From: Chloroflexota bacterium
Lineage (GTDB): Bacteria; Chloroflexota; Dehalococcoidia; JACPPY01
NCBI GenBank assembly: GCA_016190755.1
Contig: JACPPY010000053.1
Coordinates: 10,531-74,530 of the forward strand
Reading direction: 5' to 3'
Length of the DNA stretch: 64,000 nt
Below the pieces are notes generated by a model. It worked only from the letters and a program-made list of their open reading frames with translations, did no database searches and was not told where the DNA came from. The position numbers were made by a program, and so were the translations under genes. Of this stretch, positions 48,731 to 59,010 are shown piece by piece; the first letter of the stretch is position 1, and every line of letters starts with the position of its first letter.

Positions 48731-50905
48731 TTAAGTCCCCTTGGTTCTGGCGCTGATACCCTTAGCCAACTCGGCAGACACTTCTCTATACCGTTCGAAC
48801 TCCATAGTATATGTTGCCCTGCCCTGGCTTAACGACCTGATGGTGGTGGCGTAGCCAAATGTCTCCGCCAGTGGTACTCGAGCGTGAACGACGGTAGACC
48901 CGCCACGCGTTTCGATACCCTCGATCTGCCCTCGTCGGGAGTTCAAGTCTCCGATGATGTCGCCGACCGACTCCTCCGGCGTGACAACCTCTATCGACAT
49001 TATGGGTTCGAGCAGGATAGGATTTGCTCTCTTCAATCCGTTCTTGACTCCAAGAGAGCCAGCCATTTTGAAGGCGATCTCAGAGGAGTCCACCTCATGA
49101 TAGCTGCCGTCATAGACCGTTACTTTTACGTCCACGACAGGGTAGCCGGCCACTGCTCCCGATTCCAGGGCTTCCCTGGCCCCGGCTTCGACAGCAGGTA
49201 TGTACTCCTTCGGGACCGCTCCTGCCTTGACTTTGTCTGCGAACTCGAAACCGCTTCCCGGCTCACCGGGCTCCAGCTCCAGCCAGACATGGCCGTACTG
49301 GCCCCGGCCGCCAAACTGCCGAATAAACCTGCCCTCAGACTTAACGGGCGCAGTTATCGTTTCCCTATAGGCCACCTGCGGCCTGCCGACTTTGGCACCA
49401 ACCTTGAATTCGCGCAGCATGCGCTCGATAAGCACATCCAGGTGCAATTCGCCCATGCCTGACACAAGTGTCTCGCCCGTTTCAGGGTCGAAGTGGACCT
49501 TAAATGTCGGGTCTTCATCGGCCAGCTTGGACAGTGCCTCGCCCAGCTTATCCTGGTCGACCTTGGTCTTGGGTTCGACTGCGACTGATATCACCGGCTC
49601 CGGGAAACGTATGGCTTCCAGAACTACCGGCGCAGATGCGTCGCACAGCGTATCTCCGGTGAAAGTATTCTTCAAGCCGACCGTAGCCGCTATGGCTCCG
49701 GTGTCGACTTCCGCTATCTCTTCACGCCGGTTGGCATGCATCAGGAACAGCCGCCCGATGCGCTCTTTTCTTTCCCTGGTGGTATTTAGCACCTGGTCTC
49801 CAACCTTCATCTTTCCCGAGTACACCCTGAAGTACACCAGGCGTCCCATGAATGGGTCGGAGACGACCTTGAACGCGAGTGCGCTGAACGGGGCGTCGTC
49901 CCTGGCCTCGCGCAGGACACGCTCTCCGGACTTAGGGTTTATGGCCGAAATCGGGAGCATATCCCCCGGCGAGGGTAGATAGTCCACCACGGCGTCCAAC
50001 AAGAGTTGTATACCCTTGTTCCTGAAAGCACTGCCGCACAGGACAGGCACAAGGTGCCGGGCCAGCGTAGCCCGGCGTATTGCCGCTCGGATATCAGAAA
50101 CCGAAAGCTCCTTGCCATCCAGGTACGCTTCCATCAGACGGTCGTCACCTTCTGCCAGGAGTTCGATCATGTTGTGCCGCGCCTCTGCTACTCTGGCCTT
50201 GTCCGACTCAGGCACGGGGCCGATGACAGGCGCATCCTCGGCGGAATCGGTGAACGTCCACACCTTTTCATCTATAAGGTCTATGACACCTCGGAAGTCG
50301 CTTTCGCTTCCCAAAGGCAGTTGTATCGCCAGCGGCTTTGCCTGCAGGCGCTCCTTGATAGTCGCGATAGAGTGCTCAAAATCAGCGCCCACGCGGTCCA
50401 TCTTATTTATGAAACAAATCCGTGGAACACTGTATTTATCGGCCTGTCGCCACACCGTTTCTGATTGTGCCTCAACTCCGGATACGCCGTCGAAAACGAC
50501 AACTCCTCCATCGAGCACTCTCAGGCTTCGCTCCACTTCGGCAGTGAAGTCCACGTGGCCGGGAGTATCGATAATATTGATACGGTGCCCGTTCCAGTAG
50601 CAGGTGGTGGCGGCCGCCGTAATGGTAATGCCGCGCTCACGTTCCTGGTCCATCCAGTCCATGACCGCGGTACCATCATGTACCTCGCCTATCTTGTAGG
50701 TGCGGCCGGTATAATACAGGATCCGCTCGGTGGTCGTCGTCTTGCCTGCATCGATATGGGCAATAATGCCAATGTTCCTGACCAACTCCAGCGGGAAAGC
50801 CCGCTCTGCGGCCTTATCGGTTTTAGCCCCGACCTGGGGATCACCCTGGTCAGGGTTGTGCGTTGTATCCACGTTAGTTCCGACTGTCAATGTATTCTTT
50901 ACCAT
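48731..50905 (-). CDS. fusA: elongation factor G
   Basis: 724 aa. [35 protein letters not shown]. The stop abuts the rpsJ start. Carries about 30 extra N-terminal residues if ATG 50905 is used. Confidence 0.95.
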   Translation of the reverse strand: MVKNTLTVGTNVDTTHNPDQGDPQVGAKTDKAAERAFPLELVRNIGIIAHIDAGKTTTTERILYYTGRTYKIGEVHDGTAVMDWMDQERERGITITAAATTCYWNGHRINIIDTPGHVDFTAEVERSLRVLDGGVVVFDGVSGVEAQSETVWRQADKYSVPRICFINKMDRVGADFEHSIATIKERLQAKPLAIQLPLGSESDFRGVIDLIDEKVWTFTDSAEDAPVIGPVPESDKARVAEARHNMIELLAEGDDRLMEAYLDGKELSVSDIRAAIRRATLARHLVPVLCGSAFRNKGIQLLLDAVVDYLPSPGDMLPISAINPKSGERVLREARDDAPFSALAFKVVSDPFMGRLVYFRVYSGKMKVGDQVLNTTRERKERIGRLFLMHANRREEIAEVDTGAIAATVGLKNTFTGDTLCDASAPVVLEAIRFPEPVISVAVEPKTKVDQDKLGEALSKLADEDPTFKVHFDPETGETLVSGMGELHLDVLIERMLREFKVGAKVGRPQVAYRETITAPVKSEGRFIRQFGGRGQYGHVWLELEPGEPGSGFEFADKVKAGAVPKEYIPAVEAGAREALESGAVAGYPVVDVKVTVYDGSYHEVDSSEIAFKMAGSLGVKNGLKRANPILLEPIMSIEVVTPEESVGDIIGDLNSRRGQIEGIETRGGSTVVHARVPLAETFGYATTIRSLSQGRATYTMEFERYREVSAELAKGISARTKGT

Positions 50906-51369
50906 CTAAAATGAACGAAGGCCTTGTTCGCATCGGCCATCTTATGAGTATCTTCGCGCTTCTTGATAGCGGCGCCCTGGTTCTGGAAAGCATCCATCAG
51001 CTCAGCGGCCAGCTTCTCTGCCGCCGACTTTCCTCCCCTGGCTCGCGCTGCTGCCAGGACCCACCTGGTAGCGAGTGCCGCCCCTCTCTCAGGACGCACC
51101 TCAACAGGTACCTGGTACGTTGCGCCACCGACGCGGCGTGGTTTTACTTCCACGAGTGGCGTCACATTCTTCATCGCCTGCAGAAAGACCTCTTGCGGGT
51201 CCTTCTTGGCACGATCAGCCACTATGTCCATGGCCCCATATACGACCTTATATGCCGTCGCCTTCTGTCCGCGCAACATAACACGGTTGATGAACTTTGC
51301 GATCACCGGGTTGCCGAACCTGGCATCGGCAGCTACTGGCACCCTCTCGATTTTCCCGCGCCTTGGCAT
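50899..51369 (-). CDS. rpsG: 30S ribosomal protein uS7
   Basis: 156 aa. [25 protein letters not shown]. Confidence 0.95.
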   Translation of the reverse strand: MPRRGKIERVPVAADARFGNPVIAKFINRVMLRGQKATAYKVVYGAMDIVADRAKKDPQEVFLQAMKNVTPLVEVKPRRVGGATYQVPVEVRPERGAALATRWVLAAARARGGKSAAEKLAAELMDAFQNQGAAIKKREDTHKMADANKAFVHFRW

Positions 51370-51388
51370 AACTCTTCCTGTAATTTAT

Positions 51389-51823
51389 TTATGCTTCTTG
51401 TTGACCGGCCTTGGGCCGTTTCGCACCGTACTTGCTGCGGCCCTGCTTGCGGTTGACTACGCCACCCGCATCCAGCGCGCCGCGAATAATATGGTAGCGC
51501 ACACCCGGCAAGTCCTTAACCCTGCCACCACGTATGAGCACCACTGAGTGCTCCTGAAGGTTGTGCCCTTCTCCAGGGATGTACGCCGTTACCTCAACGC
51601 CATTGGTCAGCCTCACCCTTGCGATCTTTCGCAGCGCCGAGTTCGGCTTCTTGGGGGTCATCGTCTTGACCTGGACACAGACGCCCCTCTTCTGCGGCGA
51701 GCCCTCAGGCACTCGCTTCGTCTCATTCCTCATGGCGTTGTACGTGATGCGCAGGGCTGGCGCCTTCGTCTTCTTGCCGATTTTGCTCCTACCCTTGCGC
51801 ACCAACTGATTTATGGTCGGCAT
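51389..51823 (-). CDS. rpsL: 30S ribosomal protein uS12
   Basis: 144 aa. [35 protein letters not shown]. Confidence 0.95.
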   Translation of the reverse strand: MPTINQLVRKGRSKIGKKTKAPALRITYNAMRNETKRVPEGSPQKRGVCVQVKTMTPKKPNSALRKIARVRLTNGVEVTAYIPGEGHNLQEHSVVLIRGGRVKDLPGVRYHIIRGALDAGGVVNRKQGRSKYGAKRPKAGQQEA

Positions 51824-52142
51824 ATATATCTCCGCTACTCACTAGGCCATTATCAGGCAATCAAAAAGCCACCTAGTTACCAGCCGAACCTTTGCCTTTG
51901 CAGGCTCGCTTCGGCGTGAACCAGCTGGCCTTGGCGAGGCTCGCGCGCCACTGAATCTGAATTTGGCGCCGAGAAGCTAGTCTAACACACTCGACAATTG
52001 AGTGTCAACTATATCATCATTGGCCAGCACCCTCTCCTGATTGTTTCGTAGTCGCGTTACCTCCTCAATGCCATAGTGGCCAAGCCACGAGAAAATTATA
52101 CAACCATACAATACCCTCCTTGCAACACCAGCAGCCAGCACA

Positions 52143-54689
52143 TTACTTGGCCGTGGGGAGGGTGAACTTGAACGTGGAGCCTTTCCCCACCTCTGACTCA
52201 ACCCAGATGCGTCCTCCGTGTGCCTCTACCAGGCGGCGGCATACCACCAGTCCCAGCCCAACACCCTCTACCTTGGTCTGGCCGGGAGCTTCAAGCCGCT
52301 GGAAAGGCTCAAATAGCCGCTTCTTCCCTTCGGGAGATATGCCGGCACCCGAGTCCTTTACACTTACGACGAGCGAGTCCCGTTCTTGGGCGACCGATAT
52401 CCTGATGTAGCTGCCCTCCGGGGAATACTTGACGGCGTTGTTCATGAGGTTATGCAGTACAAGCTCAACCCTGAGGCGATCAGCTTTCACCTCGGGCAGG
52501 CCGTCGGGGATTGTGACGGTGATCCGGTGTGACCGGTGCAAGTCGTTGAACCTGTCTACCATGCCCCGCACGACGTCGTCCATCCTCAACGAGCTCCCGT
52601 CCAGCTTGATGCCGTGCGCCTGTATCCGCGACAGCTCCAACAAATTGTTCACTATGTCTGCCAGGGAATGCGCTTCCCAGAAAGCATCCTGCATGAGTTG
52701 CTCAGCGTCGCTTTCCGGTATTCGAGAGCTGTCGCTCAGCAGAGTATGCAGCGCCCCCAGCACCACTGTGAGAGGCGTCCGCAATTCGTGCGATACCATG
52801 CCAATGAAATCGTCCTTAAGTTTCTCAATAGTCTTGCGTTCCGTGATATCTTGCATGGCCTGCACCACGGCCACGACATCGCCCTGGGCATTCAGCACCG
52901 GGTCCAGATGGATCCGCAACCAGCGATTTCCTGATCGGGGTTCCTGCATCTCCACCTCGCGTGGCTCCTTGGTTTTCACGCAATCCGCAAACGGACAATT
53001 GGAAATAGGTGCTTTCAGACCGTGAACGACCTCACAGCACTTGCGTCCCACCATCTGTTCAGGAGTCGAATCAAACATCTCGGCCATGGCCCGGTTGGCC
53101 ATGCTTATATTATGTTCGACATCCACGATAGACAGCCCTTCGCTCATAGAGTCGAAGGTCTGTTTCCATTCTCTGCGCGCCCTATCTGCGATATCGAAGG
53201 TCGTGGCGTTGACTATGGCAACGCCGACCATGCTGGCCAGGCTATCCAATATCTCAAGGTCGGCCCGTGTCAGTTGTCCCTTGTGTTGGGAATAGAAGCT
53301 TATGACACCGACGATAGCCCCGCTGGCCCTGAGAGGACAGGCGATAGAGAAGCAACCACCGAGCTCCGCAATGAACGGGTGTACTGCCCTTATCGCCGGG
53401 TCAAATCCAGTCCTCGTCTTAACCAGCCCTTCCCGGGCTGCATCAGCTATTATTGTTTGGTCGCAACTCAGTCTGATATGGTTCATTGTGGCATCGGCCA
53501 ATTGCTCCAGCATATGGGAAGCGGTGAGCAGCTCCAGGTACTCCTTGCTGGCGTCCAGCCGCCATACAGACCCTCCTTCCATTCCCAGAACACCAAGGGC
53601 GCTGTCCAGCGCTGTAGAAGCCAATGATTTCACTTCCAGTGTTTTGGATAGCGCCTGACTCACACCATACAGGGCCTCCAACCTTGCTGCTCTATCTTTG
53701 GTCTCCTTTTCCATACGTTTGTGCTGCGTCAGGTCTACCACATAGCAAACAGCGGCGGGCCGGTCTCTGAACATCGTCGGTGCTCCGGTCATCTCCACGG
53801 CGACAGAGGAACCGTCCCTGTGCATAACGGTTATTTCCCTCAGAGAAGGTGTATGCTTCCCCTGCAACCAGAGCCGGACATCGGCAGAAACATCATTTCG
53901 GCAATCGGCGCCTATCAAATCAAGGAAGGATACTGATTGCAGTTCCTCCACGCTGCGGCCCGAAATCCGGGCCCACTCCCGGTTGGCAAATATGTGCACA
54001 GCCTCTCTCTCAGGCGTGTTCTGAAGCACAAAGACAGCCTCTCTGGCCCGACCGGCCGTTTGCACCAGGCTGTGGTAACGCTCTTCGGATTCGAGGTAGG
54101 CTTTCTCCAGTGCGGCCAGGGTCATTTTGCGGTCCGTAACATCGGTTATTGCCGAGCGTACACAGCCTTGGGCTTCTCTCCCAAGCTTGACATACACGCT
54201 CTCCATCAGCGCCTGGAACGGCCACCCATCATTCTTCATCAGCTTCAGTTCGCACTTCTGCCTTGATCCCGTTCTCGCGACAATAGCCAAATGGTCACGA
54301 AAGGCCCGCCGGTACTCACTGGCTATAAAGACCTTGAACCGGGACTGCAAAAGGTCCCGTTTTTCGGCCCCCAGAAGGGATGCTCCGGTGTGGTTGACGT
54401 CCACTATTGAACCCCTGCGGTCAAAGGTAAAGTATGCTACGGGAGAGAAGTCGTACAGGTCGATGTATTTCTTGCTTAGGGCTTCAGTCTCTTCCTTTGC
54501 CTGGCGTAGATCCCGGTTTTGCGCTTCCATCTCGGCTTGAGCTGTCTGGAGTTCTTGTATGCGTTTGTCCAGGTCTTGCGCCTGAGGAGGCCGAGTACTG
54601 TCTTGGGAAACAAGACGCTCTTCAGAGCAAGCTTTCAGGCGGCGACGTGATGCCGGTTTTGGCCTGTCCTTACCCATGTATTGGCTCAC
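52143..54689 (-). CDS. multi-PAS/GAF sensor histidine kinase (no adjacent response regulator)
   Basis: 848 aa. N-terminal coiled coil, several PAS-like modules, a GAF-like module, H-box [11 protein letters not shown]-box [13 protein letters not shown]-boxes DSGAGI and GVGLGL. Confidence 0.85.
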   Translation of the reverse strand: MSQYMGKDRPKPASRRRLKACSEERLVSQDSTRPPQAQDLDKRIQELQTAQAEMEAQNRDLRQAKEETEALSKKYIDLYDFSPVAYFTFDRRGSIVDVNHTGASLLGAEKRDLLQSRFKVFIASEYRRAFRDHLAIVARTGSRQKCELKLMKNDGWPFQALMESVYVKLGREAQGCVRSAITDVTDRKMTLAALEKAYLESEERYHSLVQTAGRAREAVFVLQNTPEREAVHIFANREWARISGRSVEELQSVSFLDLIGADCRNDVSADVRLWLQGKHTPSLREITVMHRDGSSVAVEMTGAPTMFRDRPAAVCYVVDLTQHKRMEKETKDRAARLEALYGVSQALSKTLEVKSLASTALDSALGVLGMEGGSVWRLDASKEYLELLTASHMLEQLADATMNHIRLSCDQTIIADAAREGLVKTRTGFDPAIRAVHPFIAELGGCFSIACPLRASGAIVGVISFYSQHKGQLTRADLEILDSLASMVGVAIVNATTFDIADRARREWKQTFDSMSEGLSIVDVEHNISMANRAMAEMFDSTPEQMVGRKCCEVVHGLKAPISNCPFADCVKTKEPREVEMQEPRSGNRWLRIHLDPVLNAQGDVVAVVQAMQDITERKTIEKLKDDFIGMVSHELRTPLTVVLGALHTLLSDSSRIPESDAEQLMQDAFWEAHSLADIVNNLLELSRIQAHGIKLDGSSLRMDDVVRGMVDRFNDLHRSHRITVTIPDGLPEVKADRLRVELVLHNLMNNAVKYSPEGSYIRISVAQERDSLVVSVKDSGAGISPEGKKRLFEPFQRLEAPGQTKVEGVGLGLVVCRRLVEAHGGRIWVESEVGKGSTFKFTLPTAK

Positions 54690-54945
54690 CCCCTTACATC
54701 CGCGTTGCGTTTCAAACCTAAGCGATCATCGCTGACCGAGCAGGAGCCCCATCATATTCACCATATCAGAGTATCATACATCGGTAAGCCTTGCGGGACA
54801 CCGCAGATACGATGTCGGGCAATACTAGACGGCTTTTAGCATATACATGACCATCTTCCCTTTCAGGACGCTGTTTTGTCAAGCACTACCTGCCAGACGA
54901 TTGTAGCCAAGGCGCCGGCTGCAGCACGTCTCTTTGATGTGCCTT

Positions 54946-55010
54946 TGAAAAAACTGCGAGGAAAGGAAACGGCAGTTGAGGAAAGTATGTTGAAAGCCGC
55001 CCAAAGCGGC
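54946..55010 (-). terminator. tandem weak hairpins downstream of the lipid cluster (possible terminator)
   Basis: Minus strand: GCCGC-UUUGG-GCGGC followed by UUUCAAC (55010-54991), then AACUGC-14 nt-GCAGUU followed by UUUUC (54977-54947). Confidence 0.3.
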
Positions 55011-55026
55011 AGGTCAAAGCATGCGG

Positions 55027-55878
55027 CTAGGAGTAAAAGGCAACAGACACAACCGGACCGGTATGCCCGGCCATCGTTGGCGTATACGGCGCCATATACA
55101 GCTCGGCACAATTATATTGCGCCTTGACCATGTCGCGCAGTTCTTCGCCATCTTCGATGCGGTCTGTGTAGTGCACCACCATATGCAGCGGCTTACTGGT
55201 ATCAGCATAGTCCTTTATCATATCCACTAGCCTGGCCATCGCCTTGCGTGTAGTGCGCACCCTGCCCAGATTCTCCACCACCCCCGTTCCGTTAACTATG
55301 CCGATTATCGGCTTCACCTGCACCAACTCTCCAACCCAGGCAGTCTTCGGAGCCCGCCCACTCTTCATGAGATACTTCAATGTCTACATGGCCACAAGCA
55401 GACTTGAGCGGCGCGCCACGTCTTCTGCTACAGTGACGACCTCCGCTAGGTCCTTCCCGGCGGCAGCCGCACGGGCAGCTTCCAACACAGCGAAGCCTTC
55501 GGCGCCGGCTGCTGTCTTGCTGTCTACAACGGTAATCTCCAGGCCGGGAAATTCGCTCTTGACCAAATCCTTCGCTTGTCCCGCGGCGGAGTAAACTCCG
55601 GTAAGGGCGGCGGATACGACGATGCAGGCGATGCTGTCCGTTTTCTTCGCGGCTTTTCGGAACAGGTCGGCCATATCTCCGGGGCTCACGGTGCTGGTCG
55701 TGAAATCCTTAATGCTGGGGAACATCTTCCAGAACTGTTCAGAGGTCATGTCTTCCTTGTCTCGGTACCCTTTCCCATTGATATTCAAGCTCAATGGCGA
55801 GACGAATATACCGTATTCTTTGTACAGGTTGTCGGGCAAACAACTCATAGTATCGGTTACGATCGTCACGTTAGACAT
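55027..55878 (-). pseudogene. DegV/FakB-family gene interrupted by a single in-frame TAG (55384-55386)
   Basis: ORFs 55384..55926 and 55027..55380 are in the same frame. Read through, they give ..SSLLVAM*TLKYLMKSGRAP.., 283 codons, which is normal DegV length. The stop sits where the intact paralog (9806..10645) has D in FDTLEYLYKGGRIG. ATG 55878 (MSNVTIVTDT) is the likely start. Confidence 0.7.
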
Positions 55879-55901
55879 TGTCCTGGTCCCCCTCGATCCT
55901 C

Positions 55902-56660
55902 CTACATTACGCCACCGTCGACGCATATTACCTGGGCCGTGATGTAGCTGGCGCGTTCGGTGGCCAGGAAGCCTGCAAGTTCTGCCACGTCCTGCGGTCT
56001 GCCAAAGCGCTTCAGTGGTATGCGGGCCAATATCTCGTCTTGCCTCTCTTTAGGCAACCTGGCAGTCATCTCCGTAGTGATGAACCCGGGTGCGATGACG
56101 TTGGCGGTGATATTCCTCGACCCCAATTCACGCGCCAGGCTCTTCGTGAAGGCGATGAGCCCCCCCTTTGCCGCCGAGTAGTTTGCCTGGCCAACATTGC
56201 CTACAAGCCCCCCCACCGATGATATGTTCACCACACGTCCCCAGAACTGGGCCATCATAGAGCGCATCGCAAACTTGGTGCAGAGGTAAGCGCCACGCAG
56301 GTTCGTGTTCAGGACGTCATCCCAGGCCTCATCGGACATGCGCATCAGGAGAGCGTCCCTTGTTATGCCTGCGTTGTTTACCAGTATATCTATTCTGCCC
56401 CACCTGTCGATGACGCTCTGCGTCATCGCCTTTACAGCGCCAGCATCGGCCACGTTGGCTTTGGCCAGCATAGCCTGACCGCCGGCAGCTTCTATCTCGC
56501 CCACGGCTTTGGCCGCCTCAGCATCATTGGATACGTAGTTTACGGCCACCTTTGATCCCATGGCAGCAAGTCTCAGCGCTATGGCCCGTCCCAACCCTCT
56601 CGAGGCCCCGGTCACCAGGGATACTTTCCCTTGCAGTTCCTTTTCTGTATGTTCGTTCAT
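55902..56660 (-). CDS. fabG: 3-oxoacyl-[ACP] reductase FabG
   Basis: KVSLVTGASRGLGRAIA .. NNAGI .. S..YSAAK. ATG 56660 overlaps the fabF stop (ATGA); the ORF opens at 56774. Confidence 0.85.
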   Translation of the reverse strand: MNEHTEKELQGKVSLVTGASRGLGRAIALRLAAMGSKVAVNYVSNDAEAAKAVGEIEAAGGQAMLAKANVADAGAVKAMTQSVIDRWGRIDILVNNAGITRDALLMRMSDEAWDDVLNTNLRGAYLCTKFAMRSMMAQFWGRVVNISSVGGLVGNVGQANYSAAKGGLIAFTKSLARELGSRNITANVIAPGFITTEMTARLPKERQDEILARIPLKRFGRPQDVAELAGFLATERASYITAQVICVDGGVM

Positions 56661-57913
56661 TCGTACCGCCTCAGGACTATGCAACAGTTCTGGCCGCCCA
56701 TGCCGAAGGAGTTGGACATGCATACGCTGACCGGTTTCCGCCGGGCTACATTCGGGACATAGTCCAGATCGCATTCCGGATCAGGGGTCTCATACGCGAT
56801 CGTCGGTGGTAGTATGCCTGTATTGATGGTCATAACGGCAGCTACCGCCTCTACTGCCCCCGCGGCACAGGCCAGGTGGCCTATCATCGACTTGTTGGAA
56901 CTCATCGGTATGCTGTATGCGCGGCTGCCGAACACCTTCTTGGTGGCAGCGGTCTCTGCGGAATCGTTGAGCTTCGTGGCGGTGCCATGTGCGTTTATGT
57001 AATCCACCTCATCAGGTGAGATCAACGCGTCCCGTAGTGCACTCTTCATCGCCACAGCCTGTGTTTCGGCGCTGGGAGCAGTCTCATTAAAGGCGTCGAA
57101 GGACCAACCGGCCCCGGCTAGCTCAGCCAGTATGTGAGCGCCCCGGCTGGCGGCATGCTCGCATGTCTCCAATATGAGTATACCCGCTCCTTCGCCGAAT
57201 ATCATACCGGTACGGTTGAGGTCGAAGGGACGGCACGCCTTTCTCGGGTCGGTCTCCTTCGGCAGCGCGCCAACCTTGCTCAAGCTGGCTATGGATACCT
57301 GGCTTATGCTGGACTCCGCACCTCCGGCGATAATCACATCCGCGTGTCCCAGGCGCATCAGGTTCAATGCCGCACCCAGTGCATCGCTGCCACTGGCGCA
57401 GGCGCTGTTGATGCTGGTGTTGGGACCTTTGGCCCCAACCTCCAGACCTACCTGCGAGGGGACCATGCTCGCGGCTATCTTATTAATGAATAGAGGGTCT
57501 ATCCTCATCGGCCCTTTGGCTTTCATGATGTCCCACTGTTGGCAGATGAGCGATATCATGCCAGAGGTCGCGATAACCACGCCCACCCTCTCGGCGTTTT
57601 CCTTGGACATATCTATTCCGGCTGATGTCAGGGCCATCCTGGCGGCAGCTATGCCAAATTGGCTGGCCAGGGATGTGCGGTCTGCGCGCTTGATATGCAT
57701 GTAGTTTGTCGGCTCGAAACCCTTGACCTCGGCCGCGAGCTTGGTGGGATAGGCTGTGGTGTCGAAGTGCGTAATGGGCCCGATGCCGCATTTGCCATTG
57801 ACTAGCCCATCCCAGTACTCACTTACAGAGAGGCCAATGGGCGTTATCGCCCCCAGCCCCGTGATAACTATTCTTTTACTTTGCACTCGCGTTCCCCCAT
57901 TGTTAAGCGCCAC
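56657..57913 (-). CDS. fabF: beta-ketoacyl-[ACP] synthase II FabF
   Basis: 418 aa. RIVITGLGAITPIG, active-site Cys in INSACASGS, HGTATKLND, GHLACAAG. GTG 57886 is an alternative start. Confidence 0.9.
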   Translation of the reverse strand: MALNNGGTRVQSKRIVITGLGAITPIGLSVSEYWDGLVNGKCGIGPITHFDTTAYPTKLAAEVKGFEPTNYMHIKRADRTSLASQFGIAAARMALTSAGIDMSKENAERVGVVIATSGMISLICQQWDIMKAKGPMRIDPLFINKIAASMVPSQVGLEVGAKGPNTSINSACASGSDALGAALNLMRLGHADVIIAGGAESSISQVSIASLSKVGALPKETDPRKACRPFDLNRTGMIFGEGAGILILETCEHAASRGAHILAELAGAGWSFDAFNETAPSAETQAVAMKSALRDALISPDEVDYINAHGTATKLNDSAETAATKKVFGSRAYSIPMSSNKSMIGHLACAAGAVEAVAAVMTINTGILPPTIAYETPDPECDLDYVPNVARRKPVSVCMSNSFGMGGQNCCIVLRRYE

Positions 57914-58667
57914 CGGGCATGACCTGCGTCAGAGACATACCACCATCTATAACGATTACCTGCCCTCGTATCATGTTGGACTCATCGTTGCACAGAAAGG
58001 CGACCAGATTCGCGATATCCTCACCACGCACCATTCTGCCCGCCGGAGTGCTAACGTTCCAATTTCGCGCCGGCATGTCCTTGGTATACATGCGCAAGGC
58101 ATCGCTCTCCACAGCCCCTCCTGACACACCATTCACGCAGATGCCTTTTGGAGCAAGCTCTACAGCAAGATAACGAGTGAGGGCCTCCAGGGCTGCCTTA
58201 GAGACGCCAACAGACGTATATACCGGCAGCACCATTCTGGAGCCCAGGCTGGATATAGTCACCATTTTCCCGCCGTTTTTCATCAGCGGCGCTGCACGTT
58301 GGGCACACATCAGGAACGCCTTAGCGTTTATGTCCATGGTCCAGTCCCAGCCCTTAACATCCAGTTCCATGGCAGAGCGGGCGACACCGGAGGCGGCATT
58401 ATTGATAAAAATATCCAACCGCCCGAACTTCTCCTCCACCTCCTTGAACATCGCCCCCACCTTCTCCGGGTCTCCGACGTTGGCCTTGATAGTGTGAGCA
58501 GTTACGCCAAGTGCAGCGGCTTCTTTTGCCGTGGCTTCGGCCGTTTCCCTTTTCCGGAAGTAGTTGATGATTACATCGGCCCCGTCACGGGCAAGCCTGA
58601 GCGTGATAGCTCGCCCGATCCCGCGCGAGCCGCCGGTGACGAGCGCGACTTTGCCCTTCAGCGACAT
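57903..58667 (-). CDS. fabL: enoyl-[ACP] reductase, FabL-like SDR
   Basis: 254 aa. Similar along its length to B. subtilis FabL as I recall it: ALVTGGSRGIGRA, FGRLDIFINNAASGV, WDWTMDINAKA, VGVSKAALEALTRYLAVELAPKGI, TPAGRMV, MIRGQVIVIDGG. Confidence 0.7.
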   Translation of the reverse strand: MSLKGKVALVTGGSRGIGRAITLRLARDGADVIINYFRKRETAEATAKEAAALGVTAHTIKANVGDPEKVGAMFKEVEEKFGRLDIFINNAASGVARSAMELDVKGWDWTMDINAKAFLMCAQRAAPLMKNGGKMVTISSLGSRMVLPVYTSVGVSKAALEALTRYLAVELAPKGICVNGVSGGAVESDALRMYTKDMPARNWNVSTPAGRMVRGEDIANLVAFLCNDESNMIRGQVIVIDGGMSLTQVMPGGA

Positions 58668-58696
58668 GTTTCTCCCCCCCCAGGTTTATTGCCTGC

Positions 58697-58948
58697 TTAG
58701 CCTACTTTGCTGCCTTTTTCGGCCACCTTGCGGTCGATATATGCGACGAAGGCACCCATGGTCTTTATCTCCTGAAGGTCTTCGTCCTTTATCTCGATGT
58801 CGAAGGCTTCTTCAACACCAACCAGTATTTGAACTATATCCAGTGAATCAGCGGCAAAGTCTTTGAAAGTGGCTCCATCGCTGAAATCCACTTCCTTGCG
58901 CAGCACCTTGTTGACTATGCCCTTTAAGGTCTCCTCAGTAGTTGCCAT
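58697..58948 (-). CDS. acpP: acyl carrier protein
   Basis: 83 aa. FAADSLDIVQILVGVEEAFDIEI (DSL phosphopantetheine site). Confidence 0.9.
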   Translation of the reverse strand: MATTEETLKGIVNKVLRKEVDFSDGATFKDFAADSLDIVQILVGVEEAFDIEIKDEDLQEIKTMGAFVAYIDRKVAEKGSKVG

Positions 58949-59010
58949 AGCTACTCCTTCTAGTGTCTTTTCCTCTTTCCCTTCGACTAATCGAACCGTA
59001 GCTCCTTATT

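Noticed and set aside
33445-51919. Dozens of plus-strand ORFs (60-280 aa) across the ribosomal super-cluster.
   Set aside because: Every one is antisense to a ribosomal, translation-factor or secY/adk/map gene with unmistakable sequence. None has an independent motif or RBS.
51977-52201. A 74-aa minus-strand ORF between the kinase and rpsL.
   Set aside because: Its 5' part overlaps the kinase 3' end in another frame. It has no convincing RBS or start, and no recognisable motif.
54863-55127. Two overlapping ORFs of about 82 aa on opposite strands, downstream of degV.
   Set aside because: Both overlap the degV 3' end out of frame and run through the putative terminator hairpins. Their translations are featureless.
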